From Owenia fusiformis (Eukaryota), in contig CAIIXF020000001.1 in the NCBI GenBank assembly GCA_903813345.2, positions 45,198,001 through 45,262,000 on the forward strand: a stretch of DNA of 64,000 nucleotides, in the 5' to 3' direction. Every line of letters starts with the position of its first letter. Position 1 is the first letter of the stretch. Under the pieces are notes generated by a model, which searched no databases, had not been told where the DNA came from, and worked only from the letters and a program-made list of their open reading frames with translations. Both the position numbers and the translations under genes were made by a program. This document shows positions 1-12,000 of the stretch, in pieces.

Positions 1-52
1 ATTGAACTTTATAGTCTTCGACAATTTTGTGGCGGTTGTTCGGCGATCCACG

Positions 53-92
53 TCTGTAACAAATGGCAGGTGGTGACATACTGCATGTTAAT
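53..92 (+). repeat. Dispersed repeat core, copy 1
   Basis: taacaaatggcaggtggtgacatactgcatgttaat (57-92) matches copies 2 and 3 at 34/36. It is bracketed by a 9-bp inverted repeat, cttcgacaa 16-24 / ttgtcgaag 96-104. Confidence 0.85.
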
Positions 93-1166
93 GCCTTGTC
101 GAAGTCGTACCATCGGCTTTCTGATTAGTGTCTAGCATTTACAGGTGGCACAGAGTGCATCTTGGAACAACTTTGTCAAAAACTTATTGAATCCTCTCGA
201 GAATATGGTTTCAAGAGTTCAAACATTTTCAAGATTCAATAGATGTAAAAACGATTTGATTTTGCATAATAGATGTCACACTCGATCAATTGTTCCGAAA
301 ATAATGATATAGATATGAAATGCGTTTGTAGTTTGTTGTAAGATGAGGCAATTGAAAGAAACAAAAACTTATTCTTGGTATCAGTAAATGGCATATTTCT
401 TTCTTCATCCCGATGGCAACGTGAATGTACCCCCTTGTAAATATAGTAAGTCAAAGACTACATTTCCTAGAACAATAAGTCTGATGGACTATGCTTACTG
501 TGTAGTCCGGGGGCTAGACCTGAATGTCCGGGTTGGACTTTAATAAAATAATCCCAAGTGTTTTATGGCCATTCCGGGCCATACTTCCTAGTAAAAATGT
601 CTAGTAAAAGAATAAGTATATAAAGCTCTATCAGAATAATAATTCATTGACATCCAATACAGAAAAGTAGTACACTCCCCTAAAAAGTTGGTCTATCAAA
701 GTGAGTTTTATGAATATTAATTTACCAAATATTTATAAGGTATAAGTCATCCTTCTTCAAATGACTTCATTGATGCTTTATAAAAAGAAGTGAAATACCA
801 TTGGACAAAGGAGGGCATACGATATTTTAAAACTTTCTATCGACCCCCTCCCCTCATCAAGATTGGATATCAAACTGGGAAGCAAGTATGGACAAAACTA
901 TGCATAACTTAGCTTAAAAGTATAACCTGCATTATTTTAAAATCCAAAATCTAGAAATACCGGAGACTATTTTGTCCTGCGGACATTCAAAACTAGCCCT
1001 GGCTTTTATGCGCGATTCGTACGTGTGTGACATCTATATGTACACTTTGAGTCAATTCTCATACAATTCATTACCTTTATTTTAGGAATATAGATGGTTC
1101 TCGTCAGAGTAGATGGAATAAATATGGAATGTATGGCGAATGGATTACAATCATAGTAAAATAGTA

Positions 1167-1273
1167 GTTATTCACCAGGAGGGATTTGATGTGGATGATA
1201 TCAATATTTGACAGAGGGAAATATTGATATCATCCGAGAGATAATCCTCACAGCATCCCGACAGGTGAATAAC
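1167..1273. mobile_element. Nested-hairpin non-autonomous DNA element relic
   Basis: Perfect 17-bp arms (1193-1209 / 1219-1235) around a 9-nt loop, inside outer 10-bp arms gttattcacc 1167-1176 / ggtgaataac 1264-1273. Confidence 0.6.
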
Positions 1274-1551
1274 GAACTTATACCATGGTCAAGAGCAATA
1301 TCTGCCTAAAATCCTCTGTTGAATGAGAAAAATTATGAAAAATTAAAAATTTTGAAAAAGGGAGATTTTGAAAAAAAAATTTTTTTACAAAATATAAAAA
1401 TGTTATTTTTTACCATTATTCTACATCCTCCTCTGCATACATGAGGGTTGTGTAATTGTGTTATGGGAGGTTTTGGATATACCCCATATTCAAAACCATG
1501 GGCTTCCATTAACTGAAAGCCCATGTCAAAACCGAGCATCACATAACTAAT

Positions 1552-1861
1552 TTATCCTATGACAAGTGAGGTTTGTGTGAAGTTTTCAGACCGTATCCAT
1601 TTTTTTTCATTGTTCTCATTCTCAATATTTTCGAGAACTATCAACATTTTGGTCAAAATAAATTATACTGTCTGCTGCATCCATTTTGACTGTTTCGCTA
1701 TATGCAAGATACTCCAACAAAATGACTGAACAAAAACATTTTCCCGGTAATATTACAGCGGGCGATATAAAGCGAGAGATATAATATTATGTCCCGCTCC
1801 TCCAAGATACCAATTCTATATCCCGCTGCCATGTACCTGAAACCAACTTGTCATAGGATAA
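1552..1861. mobile_element. MITE-like element of about 310 bp with 16-bp inverted repeats
   Basis: ttatcctatgacaagt 1552-1567 and acttgtcataggataa 1846-1861 are perfect reverse complements; no coding capacity. Confidence 0.55.
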
Positions 1862-3906
1862 GTTCTATATAAATGGGGGGGGGGGCGGCTCGCTTTTGGG
1901 AAGTCAATTTAAACCGAAAAGTTTAATTAAAAATAGGTATTGTTATTTCATGACAAATAGGCAAGTATTTTGAAGTTTTGCTATTGTTGATTTTTCTTTC
2001 AATATTAATAAATGCCAGAAAGTAAGCTCCCATGTCACTTCTATCTATTTTACACCTTATTTGACCTACTTTCTGAGAAAAGTTGATATATACCCTCAGA
2101 CTGTTTTGAACACGCTTTCCAATGCTTTGAATGATTTTGATATTCAATCAAAGGATTTCAGTAGGAGGAAGGGGGATGAATTTGAAATGTTCTTAATATA
2201 AATGATGTGTAACTGACATAATGTATAGATTTGGACGTAAAACTCCTTTTCTGTAACCACCGAAGTTTGAAAACATCGTTGATATAGAGCTTCAATTCAC
2301 TGGTTTGCTAATTGTTTATTAATCATTGAATCTGCTCGCACTGCATATTATATATAGGTTAGGATTTTTTCAAGGCAATTTTGATATTTTCAGAAAAGAA
2401 AGTTTACATTCAAGTTTATTGAATTTGTAAACTATATAAATAAAAAATATTGTAGGAATTACACGACAGCTCTTTGCCCTTGAATATGTAATCAAAATAT
2501 TCATATCAAAAATTAAAATATATATTTATAGTGACATTCAGAAGAATTACTCTTATATTGCTGACTTCTAATCTGGTCCTAAAATCCATAAATATTACAC
2601 AGACTGCAAAACAACATCATGATAAACCATGACAGTAGATTTCAAATCTTCTCAGCCCTGAGTTTCGGGTGAAGCAGAAAGATGCTGTGAGTATCAGAAA
2701 GGCAAAGCAATTTATAGTTCATAATACCAATATAGACGTTGATACAAACCTTCTTGTAATGGTGCATACTACAAGCCATTAGAGTTAATTGACAGAATGA
2801 AACTGATCAACTAATTAATAATAATTAAGAAATAATTAATTGGTTTAAATATAAATGCTTGGTTTCAATATAAAAAAGTAACTCTCTAGGTTTTTCTTTT
2901 TTTCAATTTTTTATGTGGTCTGAGGATTTTTATCGCACGAAAATCCAAATATGCAAATCAAAATCCTGTTTTATTAAAGAATCTCCAAATATCATAGAAC
3001 ATCCTTTCGTTGGATTGTACCCGTGTTCCACATTATCCACGAATTCCTTTTTCAAACGTAGTCGATTTGCCGCACATTCTAAAAATAATATAATTTTTTC
3101 GTAATAATATAATAGTTTTCGTAAATATGATGAAATGTTACCATCTGATAGTCATGTTGAATCAATTTGTGCCTGGTCTTTCATTTGACGTTCCAAGAAA
3201 ATAAGCTCATTAGAATGATATTAATGTTCAATTTAATTTTAATTTCAAAGTATCAAACTATCCTATAATATCAATTATTATAAGCATAATTTGCTAATAT
3301 CGATTTATGACAAGCAAACGTAATTATTACCTTTATAATATGATGTCATTGACATATATTGAGTTTGAAATGCCTTTTAAATTAATCCCATAGATTTAAC
3401 AACGTAGTTTCTATGAGATGTTATTAGGAGCCAAAGACATGCCTGGTATAGTTTCAATAATTTTTCCCAATGATCACGGTGCAAGGTTACGCAAAGCCTT
3501 CACATGGTGCTTCAAAATAAATAAAAAGTAAAAGTCTGTTTGATTCTTCTACTTATGGCATAAATCAAGGGACCTAAAAACCATATAAATGCGATAACAT
3601 CGATAATAAAATCATCTAGTCTTTTTTGTCGTGATGATTTAATTTGTTCGTTAGGAATGTTTTAATAGATCTTGAATACTAGAATAGGATCTAGTTGAAT
3701 ATGTGTCTACAGGAAAACGACAAAAGAAATCCGGTTTTCAGTGAGGGATGCAATTGTGGCATAAACAAGCCAAAAGGAAAGATTCATTTTGAATGTTTAC
3801 AAAAATTGATGCAAATCCTTCAAAATTGAGATGGAAGCTTCAAATAAAAAGCATTTTAAAGCTCCTTTCTTCCTCTTCTTCATAGCTTTATTTTTATTGG
3901 TTATGA

Positions 3907-3952
3907 GGGGGGATCGCCCCCATCGCACCCCCGACCCCTGACTACGCCTATG
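3907..3952. mobile_element. Possible single end of a PIF/Harbinger-type MITE
   Basis: GC-rich ggggggatcgcccccatcgcacccccgacccctgactacgcctatg resembles the ends of such elements; I did not find a partner end. Confidence 0.3.
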
Positions 3953-4283
3953 GTCTAGAATAAATTCAGTCAAATGGTATCATATTTGAAATCTTAGTCT
4001 TGCTACAAGCCCTAGTAACACGGGGTCTTGAAGAAAGACTATTGAAATCTAAATTTTATATCTAGCGATGTGGTTCTAATCCAAGTACCCTGCGTGCAGA
4101 GTCAGTTAAACTACAGACGAAGACGAAGCTCTCTTTTAAGAAGTTAAGTCAAACGAATGCAAAGGGTTTAATCCAAGTGTTTTTCAACTTTGAAAATTTT
4201 CTTTGAAAATGTGACTTCTAGGTCGGTGAGATTCCCCAGGTCGTAAAAAGTGAAATTATATTTTCTTGTATTGGACATATATC

Positions 4284-4459
4284 ATTTATAGGATATCCTA
4301 TGATTTAGAGGAATATCATCAGCGAATGCAGATATCAAGGTCACCGAGCAAAGTGAGATATTTATATATGCACTCATTCGCTTCGATCTCTCGTGCAGAT
4401 ATCTATATCACCTCGTAGATAAAATGATATTCCTCAAAATCATAGGATACCCTATAAAT
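4284..4459. mobile_element. Foldback/MITE-like element with 36-bp inverted repeats
   Basis: Arms 4284-4319 and 4424-4459 match at 34/36; an imperfect internal hairpin surrounds tcattcgcttcgatctctc. Confidence 0.7.
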
Positions 4460-5895
4460 ATCCTCCGCATATTGGTTTTCCGGAGTATATCGTGTCGATT
4501 GGATATCCCCCGGGTATTTATTTGTTAATAGACATGACGATTGATTGGATAGGTGTCAAATTTATTTTTCAATGTTATTAAATACATTTAGTACACTAAG
4601 TGTAGGATAATTTCTTTTACTGGACATATTCAATTTGTATAACTATCAGAAACATAAGGGATATATGAAAATTGAACATAAAAAGTGATGAATATTCAAG
4701 TTTAAGGGAACTTTCTAATACCCCGCCATGTTATCTGCCCCGAATGAGCCACCTGGTGGTGAAACTGGTAACTACTTACTCGCATCTGGGTTATTGCAAC
4801 ATGTACATTTGATCTACTGATGTATTCCTTACGATATTAGCATTTGCATTCTCAAAACTTTTGAGAATGCAAAGTGTAAAGCTCTGAGAGCATCTAGTTT
4901 ATAACTAGACTCTGCGCGCAGGGTATTACGATATCAATTATGATATGTCCCAAAATCATCCCCAATATGTTATCAGTTGGTGAAGTTATTTCAGATTCAA
5001 AATGCAAAAATTGTGAAAAATGTTTAAATTCGGCCAAATAATAAATGTGGTAAACACATTCTAGAAAAATGAACATATTATTTGAAAAATATTAAATTTT
5101 CTTCAAATACAGTATGCACCTTGAAGATTTCTTGGAAATGGGTATGACAAGGAGTGATATCAGCCAAAAATATTCTAAATATTGAAACAATTTTTTTATA
5201 TGACTCTCTAGATCTGATATACGGGCTGATATACTACCTCAAGTATAGAGAAACAAATGAATTACGTATAATAGGTACGATAATGCTTCAACGTCTCTTA
5301 TGCCTCTGTTTTAAACTTTAACGCTTCCTAATGATAATTAGAGGTTTTGCTAGTCTGTTTTTGTGTTCTCAAGCTTTGCATTCAACGATCGTAAGAATCT
5401 ATACAAATGAAATGTTATACAACTTATGAAAAGAGAATAATTGTTTCAGAATAATTATGGAATTCAGAGCAAGAGAGAACATTTTCACAAAGCGAAAACT
5501 ATTAACTCACTACTCAGATAAAAGAAAAGACTTTGTTTTCTCCATTCTAATTCTCTGGTAAGCTAAAACAATGGGGGTTGGGAATAGGCGTGTATTGAAG
5601 GTTTATCACAGTTTGACACCCTACTATCATATAGGCTGAATTTACATCTGCTTTAAAAATCTGGAATTGTGGAGCAACTAGCCTAGGCCCACCCCTCCCT
5701 CTGTCACTGTACCTCTCTTGTCCGCTTGACTACAACGTTTAAGTAAATATTAACGTTTAGCACCTATCGGGTGACAATTCGTGTTGACAGCTCTTTGTTA
5801 TTCACTATACCTTCTGAATGTTTTACAATGACAACAAATTGGGGTACAAATCCAATTTAGGTATTAAAATAATTTAATCCCCTTCCAGAGATAGA

Positions 5896-5938
5896 TTTCG
5901 CGGGGAAAATCTGAGTGATTTGCGCATGCGCACAGGTG
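5896..5938 (+). promoter_or_regulatory. Proximal promoter module: E2F-like site, perfect NRF1/EWG palindrome, E-box
   Basis: TTTCGCGG 5896-5903, TGCGCATGCGCA 5921-5932 and CAGGTG 5933-5938 lie in a locally CpG-rich patch 55-100 nt upstream of the ATG. Confidence 0.65.
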
Positions 5939-5992
5939 TGTATGATAGTAAATTGAAAAGCGATTGTCAGAAGAAGACGTGAAAACTCAATC

Positions 5993-6029
5993 ATGCGATC
6001 TAAGGCAAAGGCAAGAAAGATTACAAATG
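5993..6029 (+). CDS. Prdm3/16: Coding exon 1 (MRSKAKARKITN + G), phase 1 donor
   Basis: atcATGCGATCTAAGGCAAAGGCAAGAAAGATTACAAATG|gtaagt. The peptide matches the vertebrate PRDM16/MECOM N-terminus (MRSKxRARKL). Consensus donor; joins exon 2 in frame. Not in the ORF track. Confidence 0.9.
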
Positions 6030-9000
6030 GTAAGTATACTTCCTTTTCTACATATATTCGTAGATTCCATGTGTATTATGATGTTTCAAGGTCGGAATCT
6101 AACAGAGATAAGACAGATGAGCCTCGTGAGATAAGTTTGACAAGCAAATAGAATTTGAAAAAATTGAATATTGAACTTGAATTTTTGGCATCGCTTGAGA
6201 CCAATACATCTCTCACTTCGTGGTCTAATAGCTTCTTGTATGGTTTGAATTTCAATTTGGCATTAATGTAGGTCATTTGCTGGTGGTCCAAGTTTGTTCA
6301 AGTCTTGAAAATGAAGAGATTGGGTAACAGGGGGAAGGGGAGGGGTGAATGTTTTATGTTGGACTTTCTGTCAATATTTCACATTGGCTTCAGATTGTAT
6401 ATAGTGTTGGGGTGGGGTGGGAAACCCCCTAAAATGGTAAAAATAAAATGAAATAGTTTTAGTTTTATTTTGAATGCCTCCACCCCCTCCCTAGAAAGAG
6501 TAACTTCCTCTCAGCAACACCGGTCTTTTAAAAAGGATTTGATTCTTTTTAGTTTGTGTTATTATTTTTCTGTAGTACATATTTATTGCTTTCAGACTGG
6601 TTATATTTTAAATGAAAAGTCATAATGTTAGCTCAATAGAACTTTATGTTTGCACCCAATAAACCTATACATATAGAATTCCAGTATGATTATTTGTTAC
6701 AATTAAAACATATCCGAAATCCGAAGAGTGACAAAATTATAAGAGAAATCATATTTTCTAACCAATGATGTCAAACATTCCAAATATGGTACTAAAAAAA
6801 TTAAAATATCTAATCAAAAAATGGTTGTTGAAAACTTCATTAAGATGCACAAATACTGTATGTAAATTAGTAATGATTTCCATGAGAAGCAGTTCAATTA
6901 AATTAAATTAATGTATTTCTCTGTTTTAAATTGTAAAGTTTGGGTATTTTTTGTAAATAGACATGGCAAGAAATGATTTGTAATAAAAAGATTATTGTAT
7001 TGGTTCAAACTAAATAATAAGATATATTACTATGAATTATGTTATTTGCTCTGATTTCCCAAACATTTTCTTGTATAATACTGTTCCATTCTAAATAAAC
7101 TCAAAAGTGGTGACTTATTAATTGTAAACATTTTGAGAAAACCTTAAATATATACAGTATTAGATTCATATATTAATGAATAAAATGTTTCAGGAGTGGG
7201 ATTTTTTGAAGTAAAGAATTGTATAACCTACTAATAGAAAGAACATGTGTGAAATGAATCATAGAAGGAAGAAGACACATATTTTAATATACTGTTATGT
7301 ATTACATGTAAAAATCTGTATTATACATAAAAAGTAACAATCCCCTCTCCAGAAGGATCATTGATGAAGTTAGAGTGAACTGAACATCATGATCATTACA
7401 TGATATAGTATCTAGCAGGTCAGATTGATTACAATTACATATATTATGCCTAGAAAAATTACAAATTTGAAATATATGAGTTGTATTTTTATTACTTGGT
7501 ACAATATACAGAAGATAAATACTCTAATTTTGCATATAGTCATTTATCTATAATGATGTGAAAGTTTCAGCTGTTATTTAAACTTTTTGTCATTTTATCA
7601 TTTGGCCACACATAGACTAAAAATGACACTGCTAGCCAAGTAGCAACGGCACTTGAAGTTGGCATGTCATATGATACAATTAAATATCACATATTCTTTT
7701 CAATATTTTCGTAAAGGATGGTTTGTATCTGGATCTAAATAGACCCAAATACCAACAGGTTGGCATTGCCGCCCATGTGAAAATATGTCATTGACAGATC
7801 AGCTACATTTAAATCTATTTTACTTTCATCCGGTCTTAATTCAATATTGCATCAAGGCTTTTGTCAGTATTGCAATCAAAAGAGATTGGCAACTTCTATC
7901 TGAAATCCACTTTTCTTGACTCATAATAGGACTATTTCGTTGCATTGAAGTTTCTAGTTGCCGTGTCTTTTGTTGTCCCATGTTTGTCAAGTTTGGTTGA
8001 AGGATTAAGCCAGATTAGCCTGTCCACTCATAGAATATTTCCGCTAGAGTTACACCGCTATCTCTTATCTAATAGAACCTTTTATAAAAGATACAGAAAA
8101 CAGCAAAGTTATGACAAGAGATTAGTATAGCGCCAAAACCTCAGACATTGTTGGTATTAATGCATCCTCGAAGTTTCAATATTCTCCTAAATCGCGGGAG
8201 ATATTTGTGACATTGGGACTTTGATTATCTCGTGAGGACGGAATTATTCTTTTGGTATTCAGCGGAATGTCTCAATTGAAAAGCAAGCATTATGAGATTA
8301 TTTTCAACTATAGGATTCTTAAAAGCTTTTGCTGTGTCATTAACTCTACTACAATGGTAGAATCCTGTTAGTAGTCTTTGGCAAATCCTAAGCCATCTTG
8401 TAATACCTCTAGATAACAAATGCTTGGTGATAAATAAGCTAGATCTCAAACCTTGATTGCTACCTGTCTTCTGATCAGACAACTTTGGAACAGTTTTAAT
8501 ATAAGTTTGATGAAACAACAAATATTAAGAATTAATGTGAATAATATAATGATTGATTTACAGTTTATCATACTGTTCACACCTTAAGTATTTCATATCA
8601 TAAGTACAATATTTTTTAATCTACCACCTTTTGAATTTAATTGAATTATACCCCATATTGCTAAGTTCAGTTCTTTTTTGATCAAAGCCCCTCCCATCTT
8701 GAATTTCCCTATGTATGTTCTTTTATCTTCATGAATCAGGCGATTTATACATAGAAAGACAAAATCTGACAATTATGATCTCAACCCAGCTTTTCTCCAA
8801 GCGACTTCAACCTTAGGGTATATCTTTCTTGTACTGATCAATCAGCCACAGGTTTTAATGTGCCTTTTGTCTCAAATTTGTTTCACCTGTAAATGTGAAC
8901 ATGGACATTTATTAAATGTTAACAGTGAGTAAACATTAAAGTATAATTTAATTTATACTTTTGTGTTATTAGTTTTGAGTGGAAAGATCACTCTTGGTTG

Positions 9001-12000
9001 ATTAACCCCAAGGTAGATATGATATACAGCTCTGGTTGCTGAAAATAAAAATATATTTCATATTGGATATGAAAACGAAATTTTATCCCATATTTCTTAT
9101 TTGTTGAGTGAGGAATTTCTGCAATAAAAAGTATAATAACATACAAAGAGGACTTTTGTCCTTCCTCATTTATTTTAAAATAATAGATGAACCAATTAAT
9201 CAATTTGATAAAATCTTCTTTAACATATCCATAGCTAGAATTGATATCTTGTCATAGATAGGCAATATAAGTATCTTTATATCAATAAGATATACACAAT
9301 ACAAAAAATGTTCAATAATCTGGAAGGAGGATGGGAAGCTGAGTATCTTATTGTTATTTGTCGTTGAACAATCATAACTTAAGATCATTTTGTGCATCAA
9401 TAGATAGATACTCTCATCCCGTATCATCTATAATGAACTATTTATAGATATTGTATCACCTATGATGAGCTTTTTATTGATTATCAAATGTGGAATCCTC
9501 TTCTCAATCTGACACAAATACAATTAGGCTACATGTAATATATCTCTTTGCCACATTGTTTATTGAATATCTTTAACTATTATAAACTTGCCTCCATTTT
9601 GTCAAAATTCTTCTGAATATAATCCAACTAGCATTAATTCTACATAGCTTCCTGTTATAAACATTTCAATATTTCTAACTTCTTAGAAAATAAGATTTCA
9701 AAAATGCTTTTTTCCCATCCCATGTTGTAATATTTGCCTTATTAAGGATATATATGGCAATAGCTAGATTATAGGATGAGATAGATACAAATGCCAGTTC
9801 CATTGAACTGTTTATTCTTAATTAAATATTTATTTATCAAGAGCTTTACAGGTAGATAGATACTTAGGTATTGATGTCCATGATGGTCTGTTTCATTGCC
9901 TTATAAGATGATAATTCCTTAAGGCCTTTACAAATTAATGCCTGTTTAAAGTTGAACTATGGTATTGCAAAATTTGCCTGGTTAAACCCTTTCTTGCCCC
10001 TTAAGGATTTAAGGTACACATTTCCTCCATGGATCTTGTTTTGGATATGCACTATCGCTGTACATGTATATGTAGTTTGAAATGTATGGGGAAAATATTC
10101 TTTGTATTATTTTCTTCATCCATTCAAGTTAACATGATATACAGAGTTCAGGTGAAACACTTTATTTGTTGAAAACTAGAAAATAATATAGATTGAGAAC
10201 AGTTATTAATATAAATATAGAAGAGCTATTTTATGTCAATCTTATTGAGTCTTTTTAATTGGTAATATCATAACTTAATTTATGTCATTCTTAACAAACT
10301 TACATGTACTTTTACTAATTCTACAATCTGACTAATCAGAGTTTTTCTTATAAAGTTAGAATAAGATTCACTTTAACAATGATAGGCGATTCTTCAAAAA
10401 CTAGGTGTAATTTTATCTGTTAAAATGACAAATCCAACTAGTGATTTGTTGACTTTAAGCTTAGTAGTTTTATTCACCTTTAATATAGATGATAGAAAAA
10501 TCATCATTTTAGACAGTGCACACACAGTAAAGTAAATGTTAGAAGATAATCAATCATGAAATGTTGGATTAGTTGTCTGTGTGTGTTGTCACTAGACACA
10601 AAAATCCCATCAAACATCTTCAGTTAACATACAATCATCCTACCAAGTCTACCACAATATAAGATTCCTTATTGTGTGCTTAACTTCAGTGTCAATGCAG
10701 AAGCTTCTCTTTACCACAAAGATAATAGAAAACAATTACTAATCCCAAGTTCTAAATTGCAATAATCAAAGTGAATGTTTTATCAATGAGGAATTTAATT
10801 TCAAAAGGCATGCCACTGGCTTCTATCGCTTTTAAATTTATTTGAAATAAATAGAGATCTGAAAATCCCAAAATTGTGGATTTATTTCATGGTTTGTGCC
10901 TAGCTACGGGCTCGAGTCTATGCATGTCTTTCAGTCATAAAATTGTATTGTTCAAGTACAAACTCGTCATGTAACTTATAGATAATATATACGTCTGTTG
11001 TAGTTCCACAATCAAATATGGATGAGACATAAAAGAAATATAGATACATCTAATACCTTTCAATTCAAACATTGATTTTGAGCAAAAATCATTTGTGCTT
11101 TTGTTAAACGGTTATTAGAGAATCAATGTTGAAACAAAAGCCAGATAATACATAATTTTTCAGGCAACGCTGCGTGATGATTCCTGGGTGAATTATCTAT
11201 TTTCCTGTGTAATCTCTTGGTGTGTCCCTGCGGCGGAAATCCAAATTGAAATCAAGAAACTGAGTAAACATGTCTTCCTTTCCTGAAAGACGTGATGGAT
11301 TCTCAATATGTGGTTTTAGATGACTATTCTTGTTTCTTTTGGGGGCATCAGAATCTATCTTGTCTCACCATGAAGCAGCTAATGAAGACAATATAAATCT
11401 ATATATACCTGGGGGTACCTAGGCAACAAAACCTCATAATCCTATTGTCCGTCTTAAATAAAAGGAGTTCATTTTTTCAAGTAGGTTATCTTCTATGGAA
11501 CAGTGGCCTATCATCAATATTTCATTTAGTTATTTTGATGTCTTTGGGCAACTGTCAGAATAGTATAAATAATATGGATGGGATTCCGTCAACCTTTTGT
11601 ACTTGGTTAAGGACCTTTAAAAGATATATCAGACTTGGACTGGCCACTAGAGTCTTGGCTTGTATGAGGGAGGCCTAGAAATCTATCATAATAGAATAAT
11701 AATTAATAATGCTTAGACCTTAGTCTTATCTAACTGAACTTATCACCTTTTTTATTCACCTTGTCTCAAAAATGCCCACATTCTAAAAAGTCCAAACAGT
11801 TCTTCTGATTTTTTGGGTTTTATAATCAACATTTAAACAGATAAAGGTTAACTGGTAAAACATTAGAAAAGTTACCTAGCTCTTTTTTCAATTCTAATGA
11901 ATTTGGACATTTTAAAACGTTTGCATGTTTTTGTAGATTTCTTACATTTCAAATTGTTAGTCTTTACTCCTACTTAAATGTACATCTATTAAGGAAATAC

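Noticed and set aside
671..705. TACACTCCCC as a Tc1/mariner terminus
   Set aside because: No matching opposite terminus found.
6260..6370. Helentron/HINE-like repeat fragment (similar impression at about 60930-61090)
   Set aside because: Resemblance from memory only and too degenerate to call without a library search.
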